From positions 1 to 64,000 of the forward strand of contig JBFMCE010000001.1 of NCBI GenBank assembly GCA_040754655.1: a DNA stretch of 64,000 nucleotides, given 5' to 3'. The DNA is from Bdellovibrionota bacterium (lineage in GTDB: Bacteria > Bdellovibrionota > UBA1018 > UBA923). Positions 16,647 through 27,415 of the stretch are shown here, piece by piece. A program made the position numbers and the translations under genes. The notes under the pieces are model-generated. The model did no database searches, was not told the DNA's origin, and was given only the letters and a program-made list of their open reading frames with translations. Position 1 is the first letter of the stretch, and each line of letters starts with the position of its first letter.

Positions 16647-17096
16647 ATGAGTGGCACTTCTGGAGTTGAGATCCCAAATCGAGAGCAGATCTTAGATAAA
16701 CTAAATGAGTTGTTAGAATTTGAGCTTAGCGGCATCACCCGCTATTTGCATTACTCGTTCATGATTTTCGGACCAAACAGGATTCCGATCACGGGCTGGC
16801 TTCGCAGCCAAGCGCAAGATGGAATGGCGCACGCCACCGAAGTCGGTGAATGGATCACGGCGTATGGCGGGCATCCCACGTTAAAAGTTCGGCCGACTCC
16901 TGAGAGTCACAAACATGACGTTAAAAGCATCTTGCTCGAGAGCATTGAATTCGAGCGCGAAGGATTGAATAAGTATCTTGATCTCTTGAAAATGCTCGAT
17001 GGCAAAAACCTTGTTGCAATGGAGGAATGGGTTCGCGGTCTCATCCGCCAAGAACAAGAACACATCTTTGAAATGGATAAGATGTTGCGGGTCTAA
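16647..17096 (+). CDS. Bacterioferritin-like (ferritin-fold) protein
   Basis: LN.LLE.EL.GI.RY..YS, MAHA..VGE.I...GGHP, EQEH. Confidence 0.85.
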   Translation: MSGTSGVEIPNREQILDKLNELLEFELSGITRYLHYSFMIFGPNRIPITGWLRSQAQDGMAHATEVGEWITAYGGHPTLKVRPTPESHKHDVKSILLESIEFEREGLNKYLDLLKMLDGKNLVAMEEWVRGLIRQEQEHIFEMDKMLRV

Positions 17097-17151
17097 GTGA
17101 GTATGGGAGGGGCCCGACAACGCGAGCCAGATGCGGTGTTTAACGGCCCCT

Positions 17152-18207
17152 CTAATTTCCGTGTTCGTCTTGGATGTCTCCGACCAGATCTTCCAAAACA
17201 TCTTCCAACGTTACTATGCCGATATTCTTTTTACTCTGAGGGTCCTGGACGATAGCGAGATGGCCTCGCTTCCCTTGGAGGATTTTCAAGAGCTGGTCTT
17301 GCCTCACATTGGAATCAACGAAAGTTGCCGGACGGCAGCTGATCGAGAAAGCTTCATTAGAGAAATTCGAGAGCAGCAGAGGCCAGACGTCTTTCATGTG
17401 CACGGTTCCCAGAACAGTATCAAAATCTTTCTCGCATAATGGGAATCGGGTATGCATGTGGCGGCGAATAGTGACGAGATTCTGGTCTAACGGTCGCGCC
17501 ATTGAGATGTAGTCAACGACCTCGGCGTGAATCATGATATCAGCGGCTCGCTTGTCGGCAAACCCGAAGGCGCGGTTGATGATTTGGGCTTCGCTCTCGG
17601 TAATCACTCCTTCTTCTCGCGACTCTTTCATGACAAGCTTGAGTTCTTGTTCGGTCAGCGGCGGCTCTTCAAAGCCGGCATAGCCGAGTCTGTGCAAGAC
17701 AAAGACGGCCAGCGAGTTGAATGCCCAGATCAAAGGTTTCGACACCTTGTAAAAAAGGCGCAATGGCTTAGATACCCGAAGGGCCATTTTTTCGGCGTTT
17801 TGAATCGCCATGCTCTTTGGTACCAGCTCGCCTAAAACAACGTGTAGTAGCGTGATCGTGAAGAACGAGATCACCGAAGCAACGACATGATGGCCACCGC
17901 CAGCGTCACGGAAGGCCGGAACAAAAATGAGAAGAAGATTTGCGAAAGCGGCTTCTCCGATCCATCCAAGTGCGAGGCTGACCAGCGTGATGCCGAGTTG
18001 GGTGGCGGACAGGTATTCATCAAGTTTATCGACGCAAAGTATAGATACCCTTGCGCTGGCCACTCCCATGCCGGCGAGTTCTTCCAGGCGCGTTCTTCGC
18101 ACCTTGACGATGGCGAATTCAGCTGCGACGAAAAAACCGTTTAATGCGACAAGAGTGAGAGATGCCAAGATGCCGAGAATGACGAGCATCGGGTTAGAGT
18201 CATGCAC
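17152..18207 (-). CDS. CNNM/DUF21-CBS (HlyC/CorC-family) membrane protein
   Basis: NGFFVAAEFA, ATQLGIT..SL.LGW.GE, GELVPK, HTRFP, GIVTLEDVLE.LVG.I.DE. Confidence 0.92.
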   Translation of the reverse strand: MHDSNPMLVILGILASLTLVALNGFFVAAEFAIVKVRRTRLEELAGMGVASARVSILCVDKLDEYLSATQLGITLVSLALGWIGEAAFANLLLIFVPAFRDAGGGHHVVASVISFFTITLLHVVLGELVPKSMAIQNAEKMALRVSKPLRLFYKVSKPLIWAFNSLAVFVLHRLGYAGFEEPPLTEQELKLVMKESREEGVITESEAQIINRAFGFADKRAADIMIHAEVVDYISMARPLDQNLVTIRRHMHTRFPLCEKDFDTVLGTVHMKDVWPLLLSNFSNEAFSISCRPATFVDSNVRQDQLLKILQGKRGHLAIVQDPQSKKNIGIVTLEDVLEDLVGDIQDEHGN

Positions 18208-18322
18208 AACCTGCAGAAACTTATCGAGTACCTATGAGGTTGTCAAACAAGCCACTTCATGGCTCATCCGTAAAAGACCGCCTGTTTGCTCGAAAGGCTC
18301 TGAACGACTATACTTACAAGTC

Positions 18323-18670
18323 ATGATTGCTTTGAAGACGGTAGCGCTGCTCTTATTGAGCAATATTTTTATGACGTTCGCATGGTACGGCCACCTTCGG
18401 TTCAAGTCGAAGGCCTTGCTTTTGGTGATCTTGGCTTCATGGGGTATCGCTTTTTTTGAATACTGCTTACAAGTACCGGCAAATCGCATAGGACACGGTT
18501 TTTTCAGTGCGCCGCAACTTAAGGTATTGCAGGAGGCGATTACATTTGGCGTATTTATCGTTTTCAGCTGGATCTATCTGAAAGAAAGACCCACGTTTTA
18601 TGACCACCTTTCGTTTTTATTGATAATCATTGCAGTGGCGATAAGCCTATTCCAACCCAGAGCCTCTTAG
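18323..18670 (+). CDS. DMT-family small membrane protein (DUF486 type)
   Basis: SNIFMTFAWYGHL, SWGIAFFEYCLQVPANRIG, QLKVLQEAIT. Confidence 0.88.
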   Translation: MIALKTVALLLLSNIFMTFAWYGHLRFKSKALLLVILASWGIAFFEYCLQVPANRIGHGFFSAPQLKVLQEAITFGVFIVFSWIYLKERPTFYDHLSFLLIIIAVAISLFQPRAS

Positions 18671-18780
18671 CTCGGGTGTAACTACTTGAAATTAAATGAT
18701 TTTATTCTTTAATTTCCACTGCTTATAATCATTACACGATCGTAATATTTTAGGTGCAAATTGGGTCTAAGATGAGTATA

Positions 18781-18804
18781 AAACAATACAAAAAAGTATT
18801 GTTT
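18781..18804. promoter_or_regulatory. Palindromic operator upstream of the suf operon (candidate Rrf2 site)
   Basis: Perfect 9-6-9 inverted repeat AAACAATAC-AAAAAA-GTATTGTTT, 50 nt before the Rrf2 start, in an AT-rich intergenic region. Confidence 0.65.
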
Positions 18805-18853
18805 CTTTGAATTCCATTGTGAATCAAAGGTAAAAGTTTGTCGGAGGGCTTCT

Positions 18854-19351
18854 ATGCACGTATCGCCATTAGAAGAATATGCACTGCGGTGTGCGATGCA
18901 ACTGGCTAAAGTACAGCCAGAAGAACCTATTCCTGCGTCAAAAATTGCAGAGTCTGAAGGCATCTCGGTCGAGTACGTCAGTAAGATCATGTACCTGTTT
19001 CGCCGTGCTGGGATCGTTGAGTCGACTCGTGGCGTTCAAGGTGGCTTTCGTTTGACCCGCAACCCGGGAAAACTCGCCGTAAAAGAGATTTTTGATTCGC
19101 TTCAGCACAATAAAAAGAAATTCGAAGAAGATTTTTGCAATCAGTTTGCGGGTCAGGCGTCGCAATGCGTGCACTTGAACTGCTGTTCGATTCGCCCGGT
19201 ATGGCAAATCTTATCAAGTTACTTTGATGAAATGCTCACTGGTTTGACTCTCGCCGATTTAATGGCTCCGTCAGCCGATATCGTTCGAGGAAGAATCCAG
19301 GAGTTGGCGCTTCAAAAGGCGCAAGCCCTTAAAGTTGGAGGAGTGATCTAG
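18854..19351 (+). CDS. Rrf2-family regulator (IscR-like, Cys-containing)
   Basis: YALR....LA, IAE.EGIS.EY..KI...RRAGIV.S.RG..GG; C-terminal Cys cluster FC..C....CC.IR.VW. Confidence 0.9.
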   Translation: MHVSPLEEYALRCAMQLAKVQPEEPIPASKIAESEGISVEYVSKIMYLFRRAGIVESTRGVQGGFRLTRNPGKLAVKEIFDSLQHNKKKFEEDFCNQFAGQASQCVHLNCCSIRPVWQILSSYFDEMLTGLTLADLMAPSADIVRGRIQELALQKAQALKVGGVI

Positions 19352-20143
19352 ATGGTTTCTGTAAACAATGTGCCCGTTTTTGAAGTTCGTGAGTTGCATG
19401 TCTCGGTAGAAGACAAAGAGATCTTAAAGGGCGTGTCACTCAAAATCCATAGAGGTGAAGTGCATGCCATCATGGGAAGAAACGGTTCTGGCAAGACCAC
19501 CCTAGCGTTCACCCTTATGGGGCATCCGAAATACAAGGTGACTTCAGGGCAAATCCTACTGGATGGCGAAGACATCACTAACCTCTCGACTGACGAGCGC
19601 GCCAAACGCAGGCTCTTTCTCGCGTTCCAGTATCCCGTGGGCATTCCGGGCGTGACCGTCGCGAACTTCTTGCGTTCAAGCATAAGAGCGGTGCGAGGAG
19701 CCGAAATCCCTTCGAAGGATCTCAGGAAGACTATCCAGCAAGAAATGAAGGCGCTTCATATCCCAGACAGTTTTATGACCCGTTATTTGAATGAAGGATT
19801 CAGCGGCGGAGAGAAAAAGCGCCTTGAAACGTTGCAGATGCGTCTTTTGCAACCAAAAGTCGCCGTGCTCGACGAAACCGACTCGGGCCTCGATATCGAT
19901 GCGCTGAAAGATGTTTCTGGCAGCATTGAGGATTTGCGCAGCCCTGAGCGGGGCATTGTTCTGATCACGCATTACCAACGCATGCTCGATTACATCAAGC
20001 CGGATTGCGTTCATGTTTTCCTTGATGGCCGCATCGTTCGAAGCGGGTCGGCAGAGCTTGCGAAGGCTCTTGAAGAGAAGGGTTATGATTGGGTCATCAA
20101 TGAAGAGAAAGACAAACCAAGTCTGCGTTCGGCGGTTTCTTGA
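19352..20143 (+). CDS. sufC: Fe-S assembly ATPase SufC
   Basis: [42 protein letters not shown]. Confidence 0.97.
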   Translation: MVSVNNVPVFEVRELHVSVEDKEILKGVSLKIHRGEVHAIMGRNGSGKTTLAFTLMGHPKYKVTSGQILLDGEDITNLSTDERAKRRLFLAFQYPVGIPGVTVANFLRSSIRAVRGAEIPSKDLRKTIQQEMKALHIPDSFMTRYLNEGFSGGEKKRLETLQMRLLQPKVAVLDETDSGLDIDALKDVSGSIEDLRSPERGIVLITHYQRMLDYIKPDCVHVFLDGRIVRSGSAELAKALEEKGYDWVINEEKDKPSLRSAVS

Positions 20144-20153
20144 GAGGTGAGAT

Positions 20154-21422
20154 GTGGCTTCTTTGTCAGCAGCAATGAATTCGATCGCAAGTATCAGGGC
20201 TGAGTCCGAGGATGAGCTCATGCGTCTGAGTTTGCCCACGCGCAAAGACGAGGATTACAGGTACTTGCCGCTCAAGGGTTTTGATGTTCATAGAAAAACA
20301 TTGGTTGCTCAAGGCGAACCCAAGCCAATTCCCGCCGAATATTCATTCCTGGGCAAAGAAGAAATCGGAGTCTTGGCTTATCGTTCCAGCTCTGACTTGA
20401 TTGATCGTCGCCTCGCTTCTAACAGTGCGCTCGAGGGCGTGGTTTTTGAAGATTTGAAGACGGCGGCTGAGTCCCACGGCCAACTTGTTAAGGCTCACCT
20501 CGGAAATCCTGCGATTTTTTCTAATGATCTTTTTGCCAGACTTGCCACCGCCAGATGGCAGAACGGGATTGTCCTGTACGTTCCAAAAGGCGTAAGGCTT
20601 GAACTTCCCGTTCGAGGGTTGCACTGGTTTGATGCTGAATCGCAGGCATTTTATCACCGTACCTTGGTGATCGCGTCTGAAGGTAGCGAAGTGACTTATG
20701 TCGATGAATTCACGGGATCGGCCTTTGCCGAAGGGCAGTCTTCTGGTTTGGCAGTGGGGCTGGTTGAGATCGTTGCTGAAGCGAATTCAAGAGTAACTTA
20801 TGTGCAAGCCCAGAATTGGGACGAAAGCGTGGAGCATTTTTGTCGAGTTGCTTTTCATATTCATAGCCAAGCAGAGCTTAAACACGTCATGATTTCGGTG
20901 GGCGGCTCAAAAGGGCAAGTGCGTTGCGAGTCTTCTTGTTTGGGTCGCGGCGCGCAAGCACGATTCATCGCCGCTACTCGGGCCTCAAGTGACCAAAACT
21001 TCAACTTCTGGGTCGTTGACAGGCATTTGGCTGCAGAGACGACAAGTATGCTTGATTACTGGACTGTGGCCGAGGATCAAGCTCAAGTGACTTTCAATGG
21101 GAATGTCATCATCCCAAAAGAAGCCGTGCAGACCGATGCCTATCAGAAGAATCGAAATTTGGTTCTCTCTGCCGGGGCAGTCGTAAACACATTGCCAAAG
21201 CTTGAGATCGCGACCGATCAAGTGAAGTGTTCTCACGGCGCTGTTGTGAGCTCGGTCAGCCAAGATCAGCTCTATTATTTGCAGAGCAGGGGGCTTTCAC
21301 GTGAGCAGGCGCAAGCCATGATCGTGGATGGTTTTACGCAGCCGGTATTGCAAGAGCTTCCCACGGAAGAGCTGCGAGTCAAGTTCGGGGCGTTATTGGC
21401 TCGGGGAGGAGAAAGTTTGTGA
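20154..21422 (+). CDS. sufD: Fe-S assembly protein SufD
   Basis: LPTRKDEDYRY, P.LEI..D.VKCSHGA, YYLQSRG; operon context. Confidence 0.92.
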   Translation: MASLSAAMNSIASIRAESEDELMRLSLPTRKDEDYRYLPLKGFDVHRKTLVAQGEPKPIPAEYSFLGKEEIGVLAYRSSSDLIDRRLASNSALEGVVFEDLKTAAESHGQLVKAHLGNPAIFSNDLFARLATARWQNGIVLYVPKGVRLELPVRGLHWFDAESQAFYHRTLVIASEGSEVTYVDEFTGSAFAEGQSSGLAVGLVEIVAEANSRVTYVQAQNWDESVEHFCRVAFHIHSQAELKHVMISVGGSKGQVRCESSCLGRGAQARFIAATRASSDQNFNFWVVDRHLAAETTSMLDYWTVAEDQAQVTFNGNVIIPKEAVQTDAYQKNRNLVLSAGAVVNTLPKLEIATDQVKCSHGAVVSSVSQDQLYYLQSRGLSREQAQAMIVDGFTQPVLQELPTEELRVKFGALLARGGESL

Positions 21423-22654
21423 GTATGAGGCGGTTTGACGTCGAAAAGGTGCGGGCTGACTTTCCGGCGCTCTCAGAAAGAGTGCATGGAAAGCCTTTAG
21501 TGTACCTTGACAATGGAGCCACCTCCCAACGTCCTGTTCAGGTGTTGAAGGCCATGGAAGAGTTCTACACCAAGTTCAACGCGAACGTGCATCGCGGCAT
21601 TTATCAGTTCAGCGAAGCCGCCACTACGGCCTACGAGTCTGTGCGAAGCAAGGTCGCTGGATTTTTAGGCGTGCAGAAACCTCATGAGATCATCTTCACT
21701 CGTGGCACCACTGAGGCGATAAACCTCGTGGCTTGGTCATGGGGGCGCAAGTTCATCAAGCCGGGCGATGACATTATTTTGACTCGCATGGAACACCATT
21801 CGAATTTCGTGCCTTGGCAGGCTTTGGCGCGCGAGTTGGGAGCGAACCTAAGCATCGTGGAACTCGATGAGGATTATCGCATCGACATCAAGTCCTTCAA
21901 AAATGCGCTCTCAGGTAGACCGAAACTGTTGGCCGTTACTCAGATGAGTAACGTCTTGGGCACTGTGAACCCGATTCATGAGCTTGCGGTAATGGCTAAG
22001 AATGCCGGGGCAAAGGTATTGGTCGACGGAGCCCAGGGAGTGGTTCATCTTCCGACCCAAATCGATCCGAATGGGCCTATCGATTTTTACGTGTTTTCAG
22101 CACATAAAATGTGTGGTCCGACAGGAGTCGGGGTTCTTTGGGGAAAAGAAGAAGTTTTAAATGAAATGCCTCCCTTTCAGTACGGAGGCTCGATGATCTT
22201 GCGCGTGGGTGATGATTGCACCACGTGGAATGAGCTCCCCTGGAAGTTTGAGGCAGGAACTCCGAATATTGCTGGTGTGATTGGTTTTGGAGCCGCAATT
22301 GATTATCTGCAGTCGATCGGGATGCACAGCATTGCGCTCTACGAATCAGAACTGACCGCTTATGCCCTAGAAAAAATTTCTGAAGTGCAAGGCTTGAAGC
22401 TTTTCGGCCCTCATGACCCTAATCATAGAGGCGCGGTTTTTAGTTTTACGCTTGAAGGCGTTCATCCTCACGACATCGCTACACTCCTTGATCAAGAAGG
22501 CGTAGCTGTTCGTGCGGGTCACCATTGCGCGCAACCTCTTTTGGCGAAGTCGGGAATCAGCGCTACAACGCGAGCAAGCCTGTATTTCTACAATACCCGT
22601 CAAGAGATCGATGTGCTGGTTCGGTCGCTTGAGAAGGCGAAGAGGTTTTTTTGA
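21419..22654 (+). CDS. sufS: Cysteine desulfurase SufS
   Basis: YLDNGAT, EHHSN, SAHKMCGPTG, RAGHHCAQP. Confidence 0.97.
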   Translation: MSMRRFDVEKVRADFPALSERVHGKPLVYLDNGATSQRPVQVLKAMEEFYTKFNANVHRGIYQFSEAATTAYESVRSKVAGFLGVQKPHEIIFTRGTTEAINLVAWSWGRKFIKPGDDIILTRMEHHSNFVPWQALARELGANLSIVELDEDYRIDIKSFKNALSGRPKLLAVTQMSNVLGTVNPIHELAVMAKNAGAKVLVDGAQGVVHLPTQIDPNGPIDFYVFSAHKMCGPTGVGVLWGKEEVLNEMPPFQYGGSMILRVGDDCTTWNELPWKFEAGTPNIAGVIGFGAAIDYLQSIGMHSIALYESELTAYALEKISEVQGLKLFGPHDPNHRGAVFSFTLEGVHPHDIATLLDQEGVAVRAGHHCAQPLLAKSGISATTRASLYFYNTRQEIDVLVRSLEKAKRFF

Positions 22655-22661
22655 GGAAAAT

Positions 22662-23144
22662 ATGAGCGAAAACAATTCTTCCGAAACACTGAGCCAGCTT
22701 TATCAAGAAGTGATCAGGGAGCATCATAAAGACCCTCGGCACTACGGTACCCTTAGCTCACCCGATGCTCATGCCGAGGGATACAATCCTCTTTGCGGGG
22801 ATAAAGTGATCGTTGAACTTAAACTCAGCAAGCAGGCTCCTTCGGTTCTTGAAGATATTTGCTTCAGAGGCGAAGGCTGCTCGATTTGCATGGCAAGCGC
22901 CAGCATGATGGCTGAGGAAGTGCAAGGAAAGAACTTGGAAGAAGCGGAGAAGGCGATCGCTGATTTTCGCGGCCTCATGCAGGGGACACTCAACCCAGAG
23001 GTTATCGAAGGTGATATCAGGGCATTGGCTGGTGTTCGCCGCTTTCCTGTCCGCATCAAATGCGCGCTCTTGCCGTGGATGACCCTTAAGAACGCCGTTG
23101 AAGGCAGGGCGGGCGTTCCGGCGAATACTGAGAAGGGAGAATGA
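22662..23144 (+). CDS. sufU: SUF system NifU-family protein SufU
   Basis: LYQEVI.EH, NPLCGD, GCSICMASAS, RIKCALL; ATG 22662 after GAGG. Confidence 0.93.
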   Translation: MSENNSSETLSQLYQEVIREHHKDPRHYGTLSSPDAHAEGYNPLCGDKVIVELKLSKQAPSVLEDICFRGEGCSICMASASMMAEEVQGKNLEEAEKAIADFRGLMQGTLNPEVIEGDIRALAGVRRFPVRIKCALLPWMTLKNAVEGRAGVPANTEKGE

Positions 23145-23539
23145 TTATGGAAGCGAATCAAAATTCAACACTGTCAGCGATGTCATCTCAAGGCAACCCG
23201 ACGGGTGCGCCGCTAGGCGATTCTCCTTTCACGAAGCTCACTGATGAGGCGCTTAAAGAATGGTTGCGGCCGGTGCAAGATCCTGAACTGTTTTTATCGA
23301 TAGTGGATCTCGGGCTCATCTATAATTGCGAAAATACCGAATCGGGCAAAGTGGAAGTCAAGATGACGTTGACAAGTCCTGGGTGCCCGGCCGGCGGCTA
23401 TATGGTCGATCAAGTGCAAAAAAAATTGATGGAGCATCCTGAAGTTCAGGAAGTGAAGGTCGATATCGTTTGGGAGCCGAAATGGGATCCAAAGACGATG
23501 GCGTCGGATGAAGTCAAAGAGAGGTTGGGAATATGGTAG
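23141..23539 (+). CDS. sufT: DUF59 metal-sulfur cluster assembly factor (SufT-like)
   Basis: [28 protein letters not shown]. Confidence 0.88.
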   Translation: MIMEANQNSTLSAMSSQGNPTGAPLGDSPFTKLTDEALKEWLRPVQDPELFLSIVDLGLIYNCENTESGKVEVKMTLTSPGCPAGGYMVDQVQKKLMEHPEVQEVKVDIVWEPKWDPKTMASDEVKERLGIW

Positions 23540-24975
23540 CATCACGCCCTGATTTGGCGGCAAAAGATTACGAAAAATACGGTTTTGTCACAGATGTTGA
23601 ACACGAGACGATCCCCGCTGGCCTTGACGAAGACACCATTCGGTTGATCTCGAAGAAAAAAAATGAACCCGAATGGATGCTCGAATGGCGACTTAAGGCC
23701 TACCGTCATTGGCAGAAGATGGAAGAGCCGACGTGGGCGCGCGTGCAGTATCCCAAAATTGATTACCAAGCGATTGCGTATTATTCAGCGCCGAAATCGA
23801 AAAAAGATGGGCCGAAAAGCTTGGATGAAGTGGATCCAAAGCTGCTTGAAACGTATGAGAAGCTTGGCATACCTCTGCACGAACGTGAAAGGCTCGCCGG
23901 TGTCGCGGTAGACGCAGTGTTTGACAGCGTGTCTGTAGTGACGACTCACCGTGAGAGCTTGAAGAAGCTGGGAATCGTATTTTGTTCGATTTCAGAGGCT
24001 ATGCAAGAACACCCGGATTTGGTTCGGAAGTACTTGGGTTCTGTCGTTCCCTATACCGATAATTTCTTTGCGACGCTGAACTCAGCGGTCTTTAGCGATG
24101 GCTCGTTCGTCTATGTTCCTAAAGGCGTGAAATGCCCTATGGATCTTTCGACTTATTTCCGCATCAACGCCTCAGGCACGGGGCAGTTTGAACGCACCTT
24201 GATCATCGCCGATGAAGGGGCTGAGGTGAGTTACATGGAGGGCTGCACCGCTCCGATTAGGGACGAGAACCAACTGCATGCGGCGGTCGTTGAGTTGGTT
24301 GCCCTTAAGAATGCCACCATCAAATACACGACGGTCCAAAATTGGTACTCGGGCGATGAAAGCGGCAAAGGCGGGATCTACAACTTTGTCACCAAACGTG
24401 GGGCGTGCCGCGGGGAGAACTCTAAGATTTCTTGGACTCAAGTTGAGACGGGTTCCGCGATCACCTGGAAGTATCCCAGCGTCTTGCTTCAAGGCGACAA
24501 TTCGGTGGGAGAGTTCTTTTCGGTGGCTATCACAAATTATCAGATGCAAGCCGATACCGGGACGAAGATGATCCACATAGGCAAGAACACGCGTAGCCGG
24601 ATTGTTTCGAAGGGAATCTCGACTCATAAGAGCCAAAATTCGTATCGAGGTTCCGTTGTGGTGATGCCGCGCGCGGAAAACGCGAGAAATCATACCCAGT
24701 GCGACTCCCTCTTGATTGGCGGTGAATGTCATGCGAATACATTCCCTGTCATCGAGGTGAAGAACAATACCGCGGTCGTTGAACACGAGGCTACCGCCTC
24801 GAGGGTGAATGAAGATCAGATCTTTTATTTGCTCTCTCGCGGAATCCCGGCGGAAGACGCCGTGAAGCTGATCATCAACGGGTATTGCGAAGAAGTTTTC
24901 AAGCAACTTCCTTTCGAGTTTGCCATTGAAGCGAACCGACTCCTCGAACTCAAACTTGAGGGAGCGGTAGGATAA
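23533..24975 (+). CDS. sufB: Fe-S assembly protein SufB
   Basis: [49 protein letters not shown]. Confidence 0.98.
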   Translation: MVASRPDLAAKDYEKYGFVTDVEHETIPAGLDEDTIRLISKKKNEPEWMLEWRLKAYRHWQKMEEPTWARVQYPKIDYQAIAYYSAPKSKKDGPKSLDEVDPKLLETYEKLGIPLHERERLAGVAVDAVFDSVSVVTTHRESLKKLGIVFCSISEAMQEHPDLVRKYLGSVVPYTDNFFATLNSAVFSDGSFVYVPKGVKCPMDLSTYFRINASGTGQFERTLIIADEGAEVSYMEGCTAPIRDENQLHAAVVELVALKNATIKYTTVQNWYSGDESGKGGIYNFVTKRGACRGENSKISWTQVETGSAITWKYPSVLLQGDNSVGEFFSVAITNYQMQADTGTKMIHIGKNTRSRIVSKGISTHKSQNSYRGSVVVMPRAENARNHTQCDSLLIGGECHANTFPVIEVKNNTAVVEHEATASRVNEDQIFYLLSRGIPAEDAVKLIINGYCEEVFKQLPFEFAIEANRLLELKLEGAVG

Positions 24976-25779
24976 TTGCCCAAACAAAAATTGAATAAGT
25001 ATTTCCTTTATGAAAACTCGGTGCAGAGCCCTGATCAAGATGTGGCTTGGTTCGCCTCGGCCTATAGGGATCTGTTTAAAAAAGAGCCGCATGCTTTGCG
25101 AGAAGACTTCTGCGGAACCTTCGCGATGTCGTGCGAATGGGTCAAGGCGCATCCGAAAAATACGGCATTGTCTCTTGATCTTGATCCAGAGCCGCTGCGC
25201 TACGGCAAAGAGCACCATTTCGAGCGCCTCAAGCCTTTCGAGAAAAAGCGCGTCGTGGTGTTGCGCAAGAACGTGATTTCAGTCACGAGCCCGAAAGTGG
25301 ACATGGTCATCGCCGGAAATTTTTCCTTCTTCATTTTCAAGAAACGCCAAGAGCTCGTTGAATACTTACGCTGTTGCCTGCGCTCTTTGAAACCAAAGGG
25401 GATGGTTGCTTTGGAAATGGCCGGCGGCCCCGGTTTCGTGCATAAATCGAGAGAGCAGAAAACCATAAAACTCAATGGCGGCGTGAAGTACACCTATGTC
25501 TGGGATCAAAGGAAATTCAACCCCATCACGGCTGAGGGGCTTTACGCGATACACTTTAGATTCCCTGATGGTCGATTGATGCAGAATGTTTTCACTTACG
25601 ACTGGCGGGTTTGGACCGTCGCTGAGGTTAGGGAAGCCATGGTTGAAGCAGGTTTCAAAGAAACTCACACCTATTGGGAGAGCAATTACGAGCATAAAGT
25701 AACTGGCGGCTATTTGCGCACAGAAAAAGGAACCAATGATTGGTCGTGGCTTGCTTACGTCGTCGGAGTGAAGAAGTGA
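24976..25779 (+). CDS. Class I SAM-dependent methyltransferase
   Basis: LYE.SVQ.P, LREDFCGT, LDLD.EPL, F.YDWR.W; abuts the sufB stop. Confidence 0.8.
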   Translation: MPKQKLNKYFLYENSVQSPDQDVAWFASAYRDLFKKEPHALREDFCGTFAMSCEWVKAHPKNTALSLDLDPEPLRYGKEHHFERLKPFEKKRVVVLRKNVISVTSPKVDMVIAGNFSFFIFKKRQELVEYLRCCLRSLKPKGMVALEMAGGPGFVHKSREQKTIKLNGGVKYTYVWDQRKFNPITAEGLYAIHFRFPDGRLMQNVFTYDWRVWTVAEVREAMVEAGFKETHTYWESNYEHKVTGGYLRTEKGTNDWSWLAYVVGVKK

Positions 25780-26681
25780 GTCGCATTGGCATTGATCTTG
25801 GCGGAACGAAGATTGAGATCATCGTGCTGGGACAAAACAAAGACACCTTGCTTCGCCGCAGGGTGGCCACTCCTTCGGGTGACTACGCCGCGACGTTGCA
25901 TGCGATCGCTGATCTTGTGAAAAACGCTGAGCGCGAGATCAAATTGCCGCGGCTGCCTATCGGAGTCTCGATGCCTGGCGCGATCTCGCGCGCAAGCGGT
26001 CTTGTGAAGAATTCAAATTCAACTTGTTTGATTGGAAAACCATTTCAAAAAGATCTGGAAGGCCTGCTAGAGCGCCCAGTGCGTCTTGAGAATGATGCCA
26101 ATTGTTTCGTTCTTTCTGAGAGCATTGACGGAGCGGCTAGCGAGGCGCGGCTCGTTTTTGGCGTTATTTTAGGTACCGGAGTGGGGGGCGGAATCGTAGT
26201 TGATCGCAAAGTGGTGGTCGGACCGAATGCGATTACGGGCGAATGGGGTCACAACTCGCTTCCTTGGATGAGTGGCGGTGAACATCCGGGGCCTGATTGC
26301 TATTGTGGAAAGAATGGTTGCATCGAAACGTTTCTCTCGGGTCCGGCTCTTGCCCGTGATTTTAAAAACAAATCAGGGCGAGAGGCTTTTCCGGAAAATC
26401 TTGAAGTTTTGACGCGAGACGGGGATCGTGATGCAGAGTGCGTTCTTGAGATTTACGAAGACCGCTTAGCGCGCGCTCTTTCTGGCGTCATTAATATTCT
26501 TGATCCTGAGGTGATTGTTTTGGGCGGCGGCGTTTCAAACTTGGAACGGCTTTATGCGAATGTTCCCAAGCTCTGGGCAAAATATGTTTTTTCTGATCGA
26601 GTTGATACGGTTTTGAGGAAAGCAAAGTATGGCGATTCTAGTGGAGTACGGGGGGCGGCATGGCTTTGGCCTGAGTCTTAA
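25776..26681 (+). CDS. ROK-family sugar kinase (fructokinase/Mak-like)
   Basis: IGIDLGGTK, ENDANC, GTGVGGG, GEWGH, CYCGK.GCIE, GDSSGVRGAA; GTGA overlap start. Confidence 0.92.
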   Translation: MSRIGIDLGGTKIEIIVLGQNKDTLLRRRVATPSGDYAATLHAIADLVKNAEREIKLPRLPIGVSMPGAISRASGLVKNSNSTCLIGKPFQKDLEGLLERPVRLENDANCFVLSESIDGAASEARLVFGVILGTGVGGGIVVDRKVVVGPNAITGEWGHNSLPWMSGGEHPGPDCYCGKNGCIETFLSGPALARDFKNKSGREAFPENLEVLTRDGDRDAECVLEIYEDRLARALSGVINILDPEVIVLGGGVSNLERLYANVPKLWAKYVFSDRVDTVLRKAKYGDSSGVRGAAWLWPES

Positions 26682-26808
26682 GTCAAAGAATGCAGCCTAT
26701 GGGTATTTCCTCCTCATCTTGGGCTAGGAAATCGGTCGAATCTGCTGGACAAAAGTAGTGCCCAGACGCCAAAATTTTAGATAAGATTTTCATACGAGGT
26801 TTTCTTAG

Positions 26809-27279
26809 ATGGCAGATCAGCGCAATGGATGGGTCCTCATTGTTGAAGATGAAAAGGAGTTTGCCGAAACCCTGGCGCAGCGTTTGGGCCGCGAAGGTTT
26901 TCGCGTCCAGACAACTTCAAAGGTTTCAGAGGCTTCGACCAAGATCAAGAATCAAAGATTCGCCTGTATTTTGCTCGATATCAAACTAGAGCAAGGATCA
27001 GGCGATCAAGTGGTTGCGATCGCGCGAATGAATAAGACAGGCTTCAATTACAAGACCCCCATTTTAATCATGAGCGGCGCTCTCGGGAAAGATACGTTGA
27101 GCAAGATAGCAAAAGAGATCGCCGGGGTTTTGATCAAGCCGTTTGAGCAAGAGGCGCTTGTGACGAAGATGAAGCAAGTCATCAAGGCGGCAGAAGAAGC
27201 CGCCGTGGCAGAGGCCGTCGCCCAGGAAAAAGCGCTGCGCGAAGCGGCCGAAAAAGAGACAAACAAGTCGGATTTCTGA
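26809..27279 (+). CDS. Single-domain response regulator (receiver)
   Basis: LIVEDE, LLD, ILIMSG, KPF; Ala/Glu-rich tail. Confidence 0.88.
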   Translation: MADQRNGWVLIVEDEKEFAETLAQRLGREGFRVQTTSKVSEASTKIKNQRFACILLDIKLEQGSGDQVVAIARMNKTGFNYKTPILIMSGALGKDTLSKIAKEIAGVLIKPFEQEALVTKMKQVIKAAEEAAVAEAVAQEKALREAAEKETNKSDF

Positions 27280-27415
27280 TTTTCTCCCGTGTAACCGCTC
27301 AAATCTAAATAAATACAATTTGTTACATCGAGTGATGTTTTCGCTAAAGATCGGGGCAGATTCTGCCGATAAGTGGATAGAGTAACGGTTCCATTTATTC
27401 TTATCGGGGGATCTC

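Noticed and set aside
17927..18322. Long N-terminal extension of the DMT ORF
   Set aside because: Overlaps the CNNM gene antisense; family similarity starts at ATG 18323.
24172..25218. 348-aa minus-strand ORF
   Set aside because: Antisense shadow of sufB and the methyltransferase; no motifs.
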